A stretch of 64,000 bases of DNA from NCBI RefSeq assembly GCF_964355755.1, contig NC_092680.1:10168001-10232000 (forward strand), written 5' to 3'. How positions within the stretch are numbered: the stretch's first letter is position 1; each line of letters begins with the position of its first letter. Of this stretch, positions 13,401-23,408 are shown piece by piece. The position numbers and the translations under genes were made by a program. Source of the DNA: Antedon mediterranea (taxonomy: Eukaryota > Animalia > Echinodermata). Below the pieces are notes generated by a model. It had not been told where the DNA came from and made no database searches. It saw only the letters and a program-made list of their open reading frames with translations.

Positions 13401-16400
13401 GGAAGAATAGATGATGTTACAACTGACAATGGTATATATATTTTGTACACCATGAATGTGCATTTTAATGTAGTGGAATCTGTCAATGTCAGTCAAAATA
13501 ATTTTCAAGAAACAACAGGACAACTTGATATGGATGTGACATCTCAAAAGAATTATACAACACAGAAACGAAAGCAAATGAGAAAAGAATGTCACACATT
13601 TGAAGACAAAGAACCAAAACACAAAAAGAGTAAAACTGTTGAGGGACCTTGTTCTGGAAATGAAGTAAAAACATTGAGAAGGAAAAGAAAAATATCTTAT
13701 GAAAATAGAAAGCAAAAAGAAAAGAATCGTCAGAGAATGAAAAGAAGAAGAGAAGAAAAAGATAATTCAATAGAAAAAAATGAAAATAGAAACAAATATC
13801 AAAGTGATCCTGCATACAGAGAAGAAAAGAAACGTAAAGTAAAAGAGGCACAACAAATAAGATATGCTGATGATGATTATAAATTCCAAAAAAGGAAGCA
13901 AAACAGAGAAAGACAACACAAAATGTATAGATGTGAACCTGAATATAATATAAAAGTACGAAATAAAGCGAGACATAACTACAATATTGATTTGGATTAT
14001 CGAACAACCAAACAAGTCAACAATCTGTTAAATTATAAATGTAATGAAAAATTTGCGCAAAATTTGAAAGAAAAATTGAAGAATAGATACAATAATGATA
14101 TAATATTTAGACATAAAACTAGACAAAATAATAAACAAAAAAATGCAGAAAAGTATCACATTGATTCAAAATTCAGACAAAATTTGAAGCAAAAATTAGC
14201 AGCGAAGTATCGTAATAATTCAAAATTCAGAAAAAACGTTACGCAAAAATTGGCAGAGAAGTATCGGAGTAATTTGAAATTTCGTCAAAACTGCAAACAA
14301 AAATTGGCAGATAAGTACCGGAGTAATTTGAAATTTCGTCAAAACTGCAAACAAAAATTGGCAGATAAGTATCGGAGTAATTTGAAATTTCGTCAAAACT
14401 GCAAACAAAAATTGGCAGATAAGTATCGGAGAAATTTTAAATTTCGTCAAAACTGCAAGCAAAAATTGGCAGATAAGTATCGGAGTAATTTGGAATTTCG
14501 ACAAAACTGTAAACAAAAATTGGCAGAGAAATATCGAGGTAATTTAAAATTTCGTCAAAACTGCAAGCAAAAATTGGCAGATAAGTATCGGAGTAATTTG
14601 GAATTTCGACAAAACTGTAAACAAAAATTGGCAGAGAAATATCGAGGTAATTTAAAATTTCGTCAAAGTATTAAGGAAAGGTGTAAGCAAAGATTTGCAG
14701 AAAAGTATCATGGTGATGAAGAGTTCCGAAAAAATATTATGAAGAAAAACATGAAAAACAGGGAAAAAAAGAAAAAAGAAAACAGTAATTTTGAGTTTGT
14801 TTTAGAAAATTTCAGGGAAACAGTTTCTCGTGGTCCTGAATATGTTTGTTGTGTATGCTTTAAAATGTTATTTAAAGATCAAGTTATGAAGTGTACCAAA
14901 GCTAAGTACAAAAATAAGGCTTGTATAAATGAAAAGTATTTGCATATTTGCAACAATGAATGTAGTAAACCTTGTCAATTTAACGAATCACCAAGATGTC
15001 GTTTATGGATTTGTTTTACATGCCACAGGAAATTGTTAAACGGGAAAGTTCCTGCAGAAGCCAATTCAAACAATTTACAACTACACGATATTCCTCCTGA
15101 GCTTAGGTGTTTAAATAATTTAGAGCAGCATTTGATTGGATTGAACATTCCTTTTATGAAATTAATGAATTTACCTAAAGGTGGACAGAATGGAATACAT
15201 GGACCTGTTGTATGTGTACCTTCAAATACTATTGAAACTGTAAAAATGCTTCCTAGACCACAGGTTGATGATCAATTAATATCTGTAAAATTGAAGCGAA
15301 AGTTGTCTTACAAAGGTTATTACAAATATAAATTTGTTAACACTGCCAATGTTATTCAAGCTCTTAGATATTTACAGGATCATAACAAGTGCTATTTTGA
15401 TATAGCTATTAATGAAGAATGGCACAATTATTTATCTGAAGATAACATCGAAAGGGAAACTACTAATGAAAATGAAAACAATGAAGAAGAAGAAAAAGAA
15501 GAAGAAATAGAAGACCGATTATGTGGTGTTACCTTTGATACAAGTCTTCAACCTGTTGACAGGCGACAAAATTTGGTTGATGAATATTTTAATGACATAA
15601 TTTGTTGTGCACCATGTGAAAATAATAGTCCTATTGCATTGTTAAGTAATAAAAGCAATGAAGCAAAATCATTTCCAGTGTTATTTCCAACAGGCCAACC
15701 AACATTCCATGATACGAGAGATGTTAAAATAACACTTGGACGTTATTTTCACAATAGATTAATGCATACAGATAACAGGTTTGCACAAAATACAGAATTC
15801 ATATTTTATGCTCAATCTTTATATGAACTTCAACAAATTTTATCAAGTATTTCCATTGCATTGCGAAAAGGGTCAAGTAAAAAAGATGATTTTAGCAAAG
15901 TTACTGTATCCGATTTAAAAAATGTTACCAAAATTCAGGAGATTTTAAAATCTGATAGGGGTTATAAATTTCTAAAACAAATTCGTGGAACTCCACCGTA
16001 CTGGCAAGCTACACAAAAAGATATAATAGCAATGGTTAGACAGATTGGAAAACCAACATTCTTTCTTTCATTCTCAAGTGCTGATTTCCGTTGGAAAGAA
16101 ATAATGACGACATTGCTAAGTCAGTCTGGAGACCAAAGAAACATTGAAGAATTAGAATGGGCAGATAAATGTAATTTGTTGAAATCAAATCCAGTGACTG
16201 TTGCCAGAATGTTTGATAAACGCTTTCATACTTTTTTGAAAAATGTAATTTTGTCTGAAGCACAGCCTATTGGTAAAGTCGTAGATTATTTTTATCGAAT
16301 TGAATTTCAAATGAGAGGAAGTCCACATGTTCATATGTTAGTATGGGTTGAAAATGCTCCTATTTTTGGTACAGATAAAGATAACGAAGTTATTAATTTT

Positions 16401-19400
16401 GTCGATAAATATATTTCTTGTGCTGTGCCATGTGAAACTGTAGATCGTGAACTGAATGAAATTGTTAAAAGTGTGCAAATTCACAGTAAAAGACATTCTA
16501 AATCATGTAAAAAAAAGGGAACAAATTGCAGATTTAACTTTCCCAGACAACCTTCTGGAAATACATTTGTTATGAGACCTACAATTGTGGATAAAGACAA
16601 TGATGATAATGATGAAAATAAACAAGCAATGGAGCTGTTAACCTCAGTAAAAGATGCTGTGACTAATGAAGAAACATATAAAAATGCAATAGAACTTTTC
16701 CAAAATTTAGGTATTACACAGAGTGCATTTGAGAAAGCAAATAATTGTGTAGCTACTGAGGAAAAAATTGTTATAAAGAGAAACCCTCAAGATGTGTGGG
16801 TAAATCAATATAATCCTTCCTTATTGAGAGCATGGAATGCAAATATGGATATTCAATATATTACAAATGTATATGCATGTATAATTTACGTTATAGGATA
16901 TATGTCAAAATCTGAACGTGAAATGGGTTTACTGTTAAATCATGCAGCATCAGAAGTAAAAGAAGGCAATGAAGATGCTAGGCAAAGTTTGCGAAAACTT
17001 GGTAATGTTTATATGAATAATCGAGAAGTGTCTGCACAAGAAAGTATTTATCGTGTTTGTAGTTTAAGATTAAAAGAATGTTCAAGGAAAGTTGAATTTA
17101 TCCCAGTAGGACCTAATCCTGTCAGAATGAGTTTACCACTAAGTGTAATTAAAAACAAAGAAGATGATGATGTAAGTGCATGGTTGCCAAATAAGATCGA
17201 CAAATATAAAGCTCGACCTAATAGTTCTGAATTTAATAAAATGTGCCTTGCAAAATTTTGTTCGGAATATAGAATATTGAGTTCATCAGAAATGAAAGGA
17301 AACAAACAAAAAAAGAATGTATTTCAATTAAAAAAACAGTTGGGATTCATCCAAAAAAGAACACGAACTAGTAATGCTATAGTAAGATACCCTCGATTTC
17401 CAATGGATACAGCACCTGAGAAATATTTTTTGAGTATACTTCAGTTATTTCTACCATTTCGAAAAGATGAACAGTTAAAACCTCCAAATTTTGAAACGTA
17501 TGAACAATTTCATGAGAAAGGATGTGTGAAATTATGTGGCTGTCAATTACAAACGGTAAAGTCAATAGTTCATGGAAACATGGAACAATATGAAAAAAGT
17601 GCTGATGATGTTGAAGAAGCACAGGAATGTTTATCAAAATTTGGACCACAAGAAGATGCATGGAGTTTATTATGTCCAGAAAGCGAAAAAGAAAGGTTAG
17701 ACAACCCAAAGCCAAATGTAGAGGTTGATGATGAAGAAGATGAATTTTTCATTCCAGATTTTGGAATTCAAAAAAATCATACATCTAAAGTAGAGTCTAA
17801 TTCATCTAATATTCCAAGACCAGAATTGAACAAAATGATTCGATCTTTAAATGAAAAACAACAACATATATTTTACAAGACAAGACAATGGTGTTTAGAT
17901 AAAGCTAATGGTAAAAAACCTGAAGCATTTTACACTTTCATAACTGGTGGCGCTGGTACAGGAAAAAGTCATTTGGTAAACTGTATTTATAATGAAGCGA
18001 CACGTATTCTTGGAAAAATTATGGAAAATCCCGATGATTTGTCAATATTGAAATTAGCTCCTACAGGAATCGCAGCATATAATATTAAAGGCCAAACAAT
18101 TCATAGCGCTTTGTCTATCCCGATTAATATTTCACTTCCGTATCAACCACTTGGAGAAGAAAAAATAAGTGCACTTCGTAATAAATTGGGCCAGTTGCAA
18201 ATTGTTATTATAGATGAAATATCAATGGTAAATCAAAGGTTACTTTGGTATATCCACGGACGATTAAGGCAAATAAAACAAGTACGCAACGATAGTCCAT
18301 TCGGTAACATTTCAGTAATTTCTGTTGGTGATTTTTATCAGTTACCCCCGGTTATGGGCAGTTCGTTATATAAAGACACATTGGAAAGTTCACTGTGGAT
18401 AGATAACTTTAAGCAAGTACAGTTAGATCAAATCATGAGGCAAAAAGAAGATAAACAATTTGCTTTATTGTTAAACAAATTGCGTACAAAAGAAAAACAT
18501 GATTGTTTGTCTGATAACGATTTATTAGTTCTAAAATCACGTGAAACAGGCGAAGAATGTGAAGATGCTGTTCATATTTACCCACGCAACAAACAAGTTG
18601 ATGAATGGAATAAAAAAATGTTGCACAAAACCTGTACAGACATTGTATGCATTAAAGCAGAAGATAGTGTAGTAAATAGCAAGAAACAGAGCAAAAATTG
18701 TGACAAACCTCGGAATTCACGTCAAACTAGTTTATTAAATTATTTGTGGATTGCAATTAATGCCAGAGTGATGTTGATTAAAAATGTAGATGTTAAAAAA
18801 GGCTTAACGAATGGATGTATGGGACATGTTGATGAAATAGTCAAACCTGATCATAACACCGAACCAGTATCTATTAAAGTAAAATTTGACAATAATGATA
18901 TTGGTATTCAGGCAATTGAAATGTTTAAAGAATCTATGGGGAAAAAATACAGTCGAAAACAATTTCCTCTCAAATTAGCATATGCATGCACAGTTCATAA
19001 AGTGCAAGGAATGACAATGGATAAAGCAGTGGTTTGCCTTAAAGATACTTTTACGCATGGTCAAGCATATGTAGGCCTCAGTCGTGTTACTTCAATAACT
19101 GGACTTACTATTGAAAATTTTAAACCTAGTCTGATTTATTGTGATCCAAACATAAAGAAGTGCTTAAATAATATGGATTCATACGTACAATGTGATAAAC
19201 AAGGTCATGATTTGGCTTCTAGATTTTCAATAATGTTACATAACATTCAAGGGCTTAAACAACATTTTGTTGATCTTCAGTGTAATGATTTGTTTATGAA
19301 TTCTAATATCATATGTCTAACTGAAACATGGTTAAAAAAGGATGATGATTTTTTTGACGTACGCATTGAGCCGTATAAATTGTATCACCAAGCAAGGTAT

Positions 19401-19877
19401 GATTCGTATTCTAATACAAATGATCTCAGTTCCAAAATAAAACATCAGGCTCATGGTGGCGTTGCAGTGTATGCGAAGAATACGTCTTCAAGCAGATTAA
19501 ACATATGTAATAATGATATAGAAGCAGTTTCATTTTTAATAACAAGTCCGATTTCTGTTGCCGTGTCAGTAATTTATCGACCCCCAAGTTATGATATTAA
19601 TCAATTCTGTGAAAATTTGAGAAAACATTTGGAAGAGTTACATAAAATGAGTACAAAATGTATTGTAATGGGTGATTTTAATGAAAATCTTTTCAAACAA
19701 TCTTCCAGAGTGAATAATTTAATGGCAGAGAATGAGTACAAACAACATGTTACATGTTCTACAACTGAAAACAATACATTGATTGATCATGTTTATAGCA
19801 AAGGTCTTGATTCAGTACAGGCTGAAGTAATTCCAATTTATTATAGCTATCATGAAGCCATTCAAATTACATTTTAA
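10482..19877 (+). CDS. Helentron RepHel polyprotein (PHD, C76-like cysteine protease, OTU, HUH Rep, PIF1-like SF1 helicase, AP/EEP endonuclease), 3131 aa
   Basis: Uninterrupted ORF. Rep: YFYRIEFQMRGSPHVHMLVW (HUH) and YVIGYMSK. Helicase: GGAGTGKS, IIDEISMV, GDFYQLPPV, QIMRQ, QFPLKLAYACTVHKVQGMT, GQAYVGLSRV. EEP: HNIQGL, CLTETW, GGVA, IYRPP, GDFN, IDHVY, SYH. OTU: GDGNCFYRAIS...GTWAS...HFNVV. C76-like: QGNFNQG...GKQCVAN...FDPH. PHD: C4HC3 with W. Confidence 0.96.
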   Translation: MDMEFIAVVGIFLLIIFTMIIYLCKNVNKEVTSKKQIFVNTTGNVNNGVMDKTAEFKIVVNDILDLLDECCSTENVKDDRNDDTGNVNCEFMKDTTEFKGIIDDIINILSYSTEVTSEFDDTCIFCNIEVKVDDNCITCDRCSQNFHVKCVRDVFEDKLCNSRVIWICSMCGNSNFVDNMLGEIGIPCHFNRYTILEPDEFVTSNFPDLTKNKEKRCNNAKLKCQQTGSEDLLGSDWMRVRSKKRTDNRKKRCKNRGNKKRRKRVINGISIEPGVKYIGKGVKDFYERRNNNKMEWNTNTCREYNKENGKTNVLGNSQTIIDDSGRPMCDVLKNTKVTNGIQQQSGGGSKRLRNNKGRFVKTKKIDNKKAQGNVNLKNDCDTITMKDIKNMGNNDNSETKTDEDFKMECTVENDNTATDDAKAQNNSKMNDRSRIIDSNCTDHKNQTCASCEFEENEVLIIDDGCKKAVTEKISSHTKPKCDQHTIDVDIEVLTKNNFSEELIIDDVPKQKNTRKRQKTQSITELQVYNSNENITVAQGNFNQGNYRFGFASGKQCVANSLVAILYSTKRNGNEFYTKDLDTILNLGNELYRYIQKDSTMHEDLLMISELPKELDILDNTFVISPKESVFGIIDGNLEFMAEYGALSLNQALEQELHQHDAFFMNFNRSTFSIIKRVNGFLIFDPHARDRFGCVSEHGKSILLYSPFWQGVYDYCIRLARSMNCNLHETEFELTGVNIENKSMMLCSASVLDDNCEQRNLGNVDVDEPSTSYQYKCSTRLPDKNIDSNVKGKKHNKEGHVSSSNGWQSDSDIEIVNVQYGERPDKNFKFIPISEAQKKNMCNEVGIHCEHTDMNCGINRASQIGHPLQITNITGDGNCFYRAISYIISGTEDNHFLLRRAITNHLLETGDLFINTFSHEYRSVKEYVLKKRVMDNGTWASNTEISAMANLLNTDIYSFNDHFLTWQLFSAKKPGRIDDVTTDNGIYILYTMNVHFNVVESVNVSQNNFQETTGQLDMDVTSQKNYTTQKRKQMRKECHTFEDKEPKHKKSKTVEGPCSGNEVKTLRRKRKISYENRKQKEKNRQRMKRRREEKDNSIEKNENRNKYQSDPAYREEKKRKVKEAQQIRYADDDYKFQKRKQNRERQHKMYRCEPEYNIKVRNKARHNYNIDLDYRTTKQVNNLLNYKCNEKFAQNLKEKLKNRYNNDIIFRHKTRQNNKQKNAEKYHIDSKFRQNLKQKLAAKYRNNSKFRKNVTQKLAEKYRSNLKFRQNCKQKLADKYRSNLKFRQNCKQKLADKYRSNLKFRQNCKQKLADKYRRNFKFRQNCKQKLADKYRSNLEFRQNCKQKLAEKYRGNLKFRQNCKQKLADKYRSNLEFRQNCKQKLAEKYRGNLKFRQSIKERCKQRFAEKYHGDEEFRKNIMKKNMKNREKKKKENSNFEFVLENFRETVSRGPEYVCCVCFKMLFKDQVMKCTKAKYKNKACINEKYLHICNNECSKPCQFNESPRCRLWICFTCHRKLLNGKVPAEANSNNLQLHDIPPELRCLNNLEQHLIGLNIPFMKLMNLPKGGQNGIHGPVVCVPSNTIETVKMLPRPQVDDQLISVKLKRKLSYKGYYKYKFVNTANVIQALRYLQDHNKCYFDIAINEEWHNYLSEDNIERETTNENENNEEEEKEEEIEDRLCGVTFDTSLQPVDRRQNLVDEYFNDIICCAPCENNSPIALLSNKSNEAKSFPVLFPTGQPTFHDTRDVKITLGRYFHNRLMHTDNRFAQNTEFIFYAQSLYELQQILSSISIALRKGSSKKDDFSKVTVSDLKNVTKIQEILKSDRGYKFLKQIRGTPPYWQATQKDIIAMVRQIGKPTFFLSFSSADFRWKEIMTTLLSQSGDQRNIEELEWADKCNLLKSNPVTVARMFDKRFHTFLKNVILSEAQPIGKVVDYFYRIEFQMRGSPHVHMLVWVENAPIFGTDKDNEVINFVDKYISCAVPCETVDRELNEIVKSVQIHSKRHSKSCKKKGTNCRFNFPRQPSGNTFVMRPTIVDKDNDDNDENKQAMELLTSVKDAVTNEETYKNAIELFQNLGITQSAFEKANNCVATEEKIVIKRNPQDVWVNQYNPSLLRAWNANMDIQYITNVYACIIYVIGYMSKSEREMGLLLNHAASEVKEGNEDARQSLRKLGNVYMNNREVSAQESIYRVCSLRLKECSRKVEFIPVGPNPVRMSLPLSVIKNKEDDDVSAWLPNKIDKYKARPNSSEFNKMCLAKFCSEYRILSSSEMKGNKQKKNVFQLKKQLGFIQKRTRTSNAIVRYPRFPMDTAPEKYFLSILQLFLPFRKDEQLKPPNFETYEQFHEKGCVKLCGCQLQTVKSIVHGNMEQYEKSADDVEEAQECLSKFGPQEDAWSLLCPESEKERLDNPKPNVEVDDEEDEFFIPDFGIQKNHTSKVESNSSNIPRPELNKMIRSLNEKQQHIFYKTRQWCLDKANGKKPEAFYTFITGGAGTGKSHLVNCIYNEATRILGKIMENPDDLSILKLAPTGIAAYNIKGQTIHSALSIPINISLPYQPLGEEKISALRNKLGQLQIVIIDEISMVNQRLLWYIHGRLRQIKQVRNDSPFGNISVISVGDFYQLPPVMGSSLYKDTLESSLWIDNFKQVQLDQIMRQKEDKQFALLLNKLRTKEKHDCLSDNDLLVLKSRETGEECEDAVHIYPRNKQVDEWNKKMLHKTCTDIVCIKAEDSVVNSKKQSKNCDKPRNSRQTSLLNYLWIAINARVMLIKNVDVKKGLTNGCMGHVDEIVKPDHNTEPVSIKVKFDNNDIGIQAIEMFKESMGKKYSRKQFPLKLAYACTVHKVQGMTMDKAVVCLKDTFTHGQAYVGLSRVTSITGLTIENFKPSLIYCDPNIKKCLNNMDSYVQCDKQGHDLASRFSIMLHNIQGLKQHFVDLQCNDLFMNSNIICLTETWLKKDDDFFDVRIEPYKLYHQARYDSYSNTNDLSSKIKHQAHGGVAVYAKNTSSSRLNICNNDIEAVSFLITSPISVAVSVIYRPPSYDINQFCENLRKHLEELHKMSTKCIVMGDFNENLFKQSSRVNNLMAENEYKQHVTCSTTENNTLIDHVYSKGLDSVQAEVIPIYYSYHEAIQITF
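14193..14678 (+). repeat. In-frame 54-bp (18-aa) tandem repeat x9 within RepHel
   Basis: Consensus KLA(D/E)KYRSNLKFRQNCKQ. Copies 6-7 and 8-9 form a 108-bp higher-order duplication. Confidence 0.95.
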
Positions 19878-20004
19878 TTGCATCAATGGTTTTTAAGTAT
19901 TTGAATTATATTTCTGTAAAAACTTTTTAGGAATTGAAAATAGAACTGGATACAAATTTGAAAAAAACAATTTGATAAAAACAAGCTGAAAATCATTATG
20001 ACCC

Positions 20005-20780
20005 TCTATGCACAAGAGGCAGCGAGTAATCTGTAACTTCAACCCATGTCATTCTCCTGTATAGGAAAAACGATATCTGGTGTCTAAACACATTTCAATC
20101 TTGTTTTTATGTGAGTTATATTATTATAGATATTGTTCTGAATTTGAATATGCAATGTTGCAATCTCTGTACATAATAATCGTTCAATATCTACCAGTAT
20201 TCAAGTAATGTTGAAAATAAAAAGTTACATTTCACAGAAGAAGAAAATACGTTTTGTTTTATACGATTACCAATACTTCATTAGGTCTATACATAATTTT
20301 AGTTTTATAAGTGTTTTTTTATATTCTTTTTTTTTCTATCCAGGTCCACATGAAATTACTAATACAGTAATTTTCTCATTTGGAAAAATAATCAATTTAT
20401 TATCGATGCAAGAGGGGCAGCGAATAATCTGTAACTTCAACCCATGTCATTCTCCTGTATAGGAGAAACAATATCTGGTGAGTAAACACATTTTAATCTT
20501 GTTTTTATGTGAGTTATATTATTATAAATATTGTTCTGAATTTGAATATGCAATGTTGCAATCTGTGCACATAATAATCTTTCAATATCTACCGGTATTC
20601 AAGTAATGTAAAAAATAAAAAGTTACAATTTACAGAAGAAGAAATACATTTTGTTTTATACGATTTCCAATACTTCATTAGGTCCAAACATACTTTCAGT
20701 TTTTTTTTCTATCTATGCAGGTCCATATGAAATTACTAATACAGTAATTTACTCATTTGCAAGAATAATCAATTTATTTT
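20005..20780. repeat. ~400-bp direct duplication in the Helentron 3' arm
   Basis: cccatgtcattctcctgtatagga at 20043 and 20441 with colinear downstream sequence. Confidence 0.9.
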
Positions 20781-22259
20781 GTTTTCGTTTTCAGGTGTTC
20801 AGTGGAATGGTTTCATTTCTTCAATTATAATGGGATCCGGATTCTTAGGCAGTCACTAATGCAGTCATTCGCTCTTTCATAACAATTGTCTAAACGCGAC
20901 TAAAGATTAAATTATTAATCATATTAATGATTGTTAAAAAATAAGAATCTTCTATAAATAGATCAATAAATATGCGTTTAATGAATCCTAAACTAACAAA
21001 TTACCATGTAATAATGTACTAAGTAAAGTTACTGATCACCAAAATGTTGATGAACTACTGTATAGTATAAACAGCCTACTATATGTTGACAATTTTGTAC
21101 CATTTGCAATAACCAATGAAAGCTTATATAAATACCGGTATACGAAACATTTTATACAGATTTGTATGTTTTCTTCAATTTGCTTGAAATAAAAGATTAT
21201 TTTTAACAGTCATGCTGTGATAATATTAGTTTTATCAGAAATGTTATATCTATTGGAGCAAGTTAACCTGAGATGCGCTCTATTTTAAACACGATTAAGT
21301 TTTACGAAATAGATGAAAATCTGACTATTTAAATTCAACTGGCCATATGATGACGTCATGAAATCAGATGGACATAATTTGTATATGCACAATTCAACCA
21401 TTTCTATAAGTTTTAATCACATGGGTCACTTTGTTAAGTAATGTGTGAAAGAAAATTGATTTGTCAAGAACATTGAAACGCATTAGCGTGATGCGCTCTG
21501 TTAAATGGGATTAACTAATACAAAAGAAAAAAAAATCTATTTTCAAAATTTGAGTGGCCATATGGTGACGTCAGAACATCCTTTAGGTACAAATTGTACA
21601 TTAATTGATATCTACAACTCATTAGCTTCCATAATAGATAAAAAATAAATGGGATAACCTGCCATCCTGAGGAGCTATAACTGAATAAAAATAGGAATAT
21701 GTTTGCACAAATTTGTATTATATTACCCATTCTTTAGCACACGATTTCTAAACTTTAACATGCACGTGCATCGTTAATTTGCAATAAAAATTCATGAAAA
21801 TGATTGAAATCTACTATAAAACGTAGGCATAAGAACAAAATCAATTGCAAAACACATTTTCTACACTTTGTACGAGCTGTGCGCACAAAATGACCTGAAA
21901 TGTACGCAAATTAAATAGAAATTAATTTTGCGCATTTTAAAATTTCACTCGTACTCGCGTAATTTTTTGCGTAGCACGCCATTTTTATCATTTCAAAAGT
22001 TGCACAATATTATGAAATAAACTTTCGTAAAGTTTCATTGAAAAATAATTTTGTCTTAAAAATTTATGAGCAACCATAAAATTCCATAGAATCACGCGTA
22101 ACTTACGCTGCGCGACTCTAACATCATTGCACATATAAAGCTACAGGTCAATCTTATGACAAAGTTATACAATCTTATGTTGACCAGAAGTAGAGATACG
22201 TTGCGAACAAAATTCGTGGAAAGAAAGAAGAATAGAAAAAAAAAGAAAAAAATAAACAA

Positions 22260-23377
22260 CTTTGATTCAGGTTTACCGCAGCGCAAACGCCACGTGCACA
22301 TCATACGTTAGAATATTGCAAACAGAAAAACGATTATGCAATTGAAAACATTGTAGTGTGCTCTCTATTTTGTGTCACGTCTAAGAATAAACAGTATACT
22401 ATACTGTATACGTACTACATACAGTGCAGAATAGGTGAAAATAAGTGACCAAAGTTATTGACGCTTTTGCACATGATGCCGTCATAAACATTTTAAAAAT
22501 TGTAAATCTTGCGAAAGGTCATTGATTGACCTAGACAATATAAAAAATAGTGGGAAATGGAATACGGATAGGTGGAGATGCGCTCTATTAAATGTGATGA
22601 GCTATGACGAAAGAGAAAAAAATCCTATATTTTATATTCGGGTGGCCATACGATGACGTCATAATATCCGGTTAGCAATAACGATGCATGATTCGATATC
22701 TACAACTCATCTCCTTCAAGAATAAGGAATTTAAAAAAAGTTCACCTCGTAGTTTACAATCTATGACTGTTTAAAAAAAGGCATAATTTTCACAAATTTT
22801 TGAACTTTTTCATCAAAAACTCGCGCAAATTATTCAATTCTACGTGCTCGTATGACGTGATTTTAGGTCGAAATTGATTGAAAATTTGTAAATGTACAAG
22901 AAAAGGCTGAAAAAACAAAAATCAAGCAAAAAAAAAATGTTTTTGCGCTACATGCGCACGCACGCGTAAAAAAATTGCGCACGCGTGGGAATTTTTGAAA
23001 TGCTCAAAAGGACCTGAAACGCGTAGAAAGTTGATTAGAAATTGATTTTTCGCATTTTGAAATTTTAAACGCGCATGCGCGCGTAACTTTCCTTAAAAAG
23101 CGCCATTTTTAATCCACAGAAAGTTAGCGCATGATATTAATTACAGTTTTGCCAAGTTTCAATTTAAATTGTTTTTTGGTTTTCGATCTATGGTAAATAC
23201 GCAAAATTCACAAAATCGTGCGTAACTTACGCTGCGCAACTCGGACGGGACCGAAAACCTTATTACGACATATTCAAATAGAGGTCAATCTTCTGATAAA
23301 GTTATACAATGTTATGTTGAGAAGATTTAGAGATACACGCGCAACAAAATTCTGGGAAAGAAAGAAGAATAAGAAAG

Positions 23378-23408
<31 letters not shown>

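Noticed and set aside
10544-17752. Antisense and alternate-frame ORFs within the RepHel gene
   Set aside because: Shadow ORFs from A-rich codon usage and the 54-bp repeat.
10482-19877. Host PIF1 helicase, endogenous herpesvirus or LINE interpretation of the long ORF
   Set aside because: HUH Rep + helicase + EEP with Helentron termini; no reverse transcriptase, capsid or DNA polymerase.
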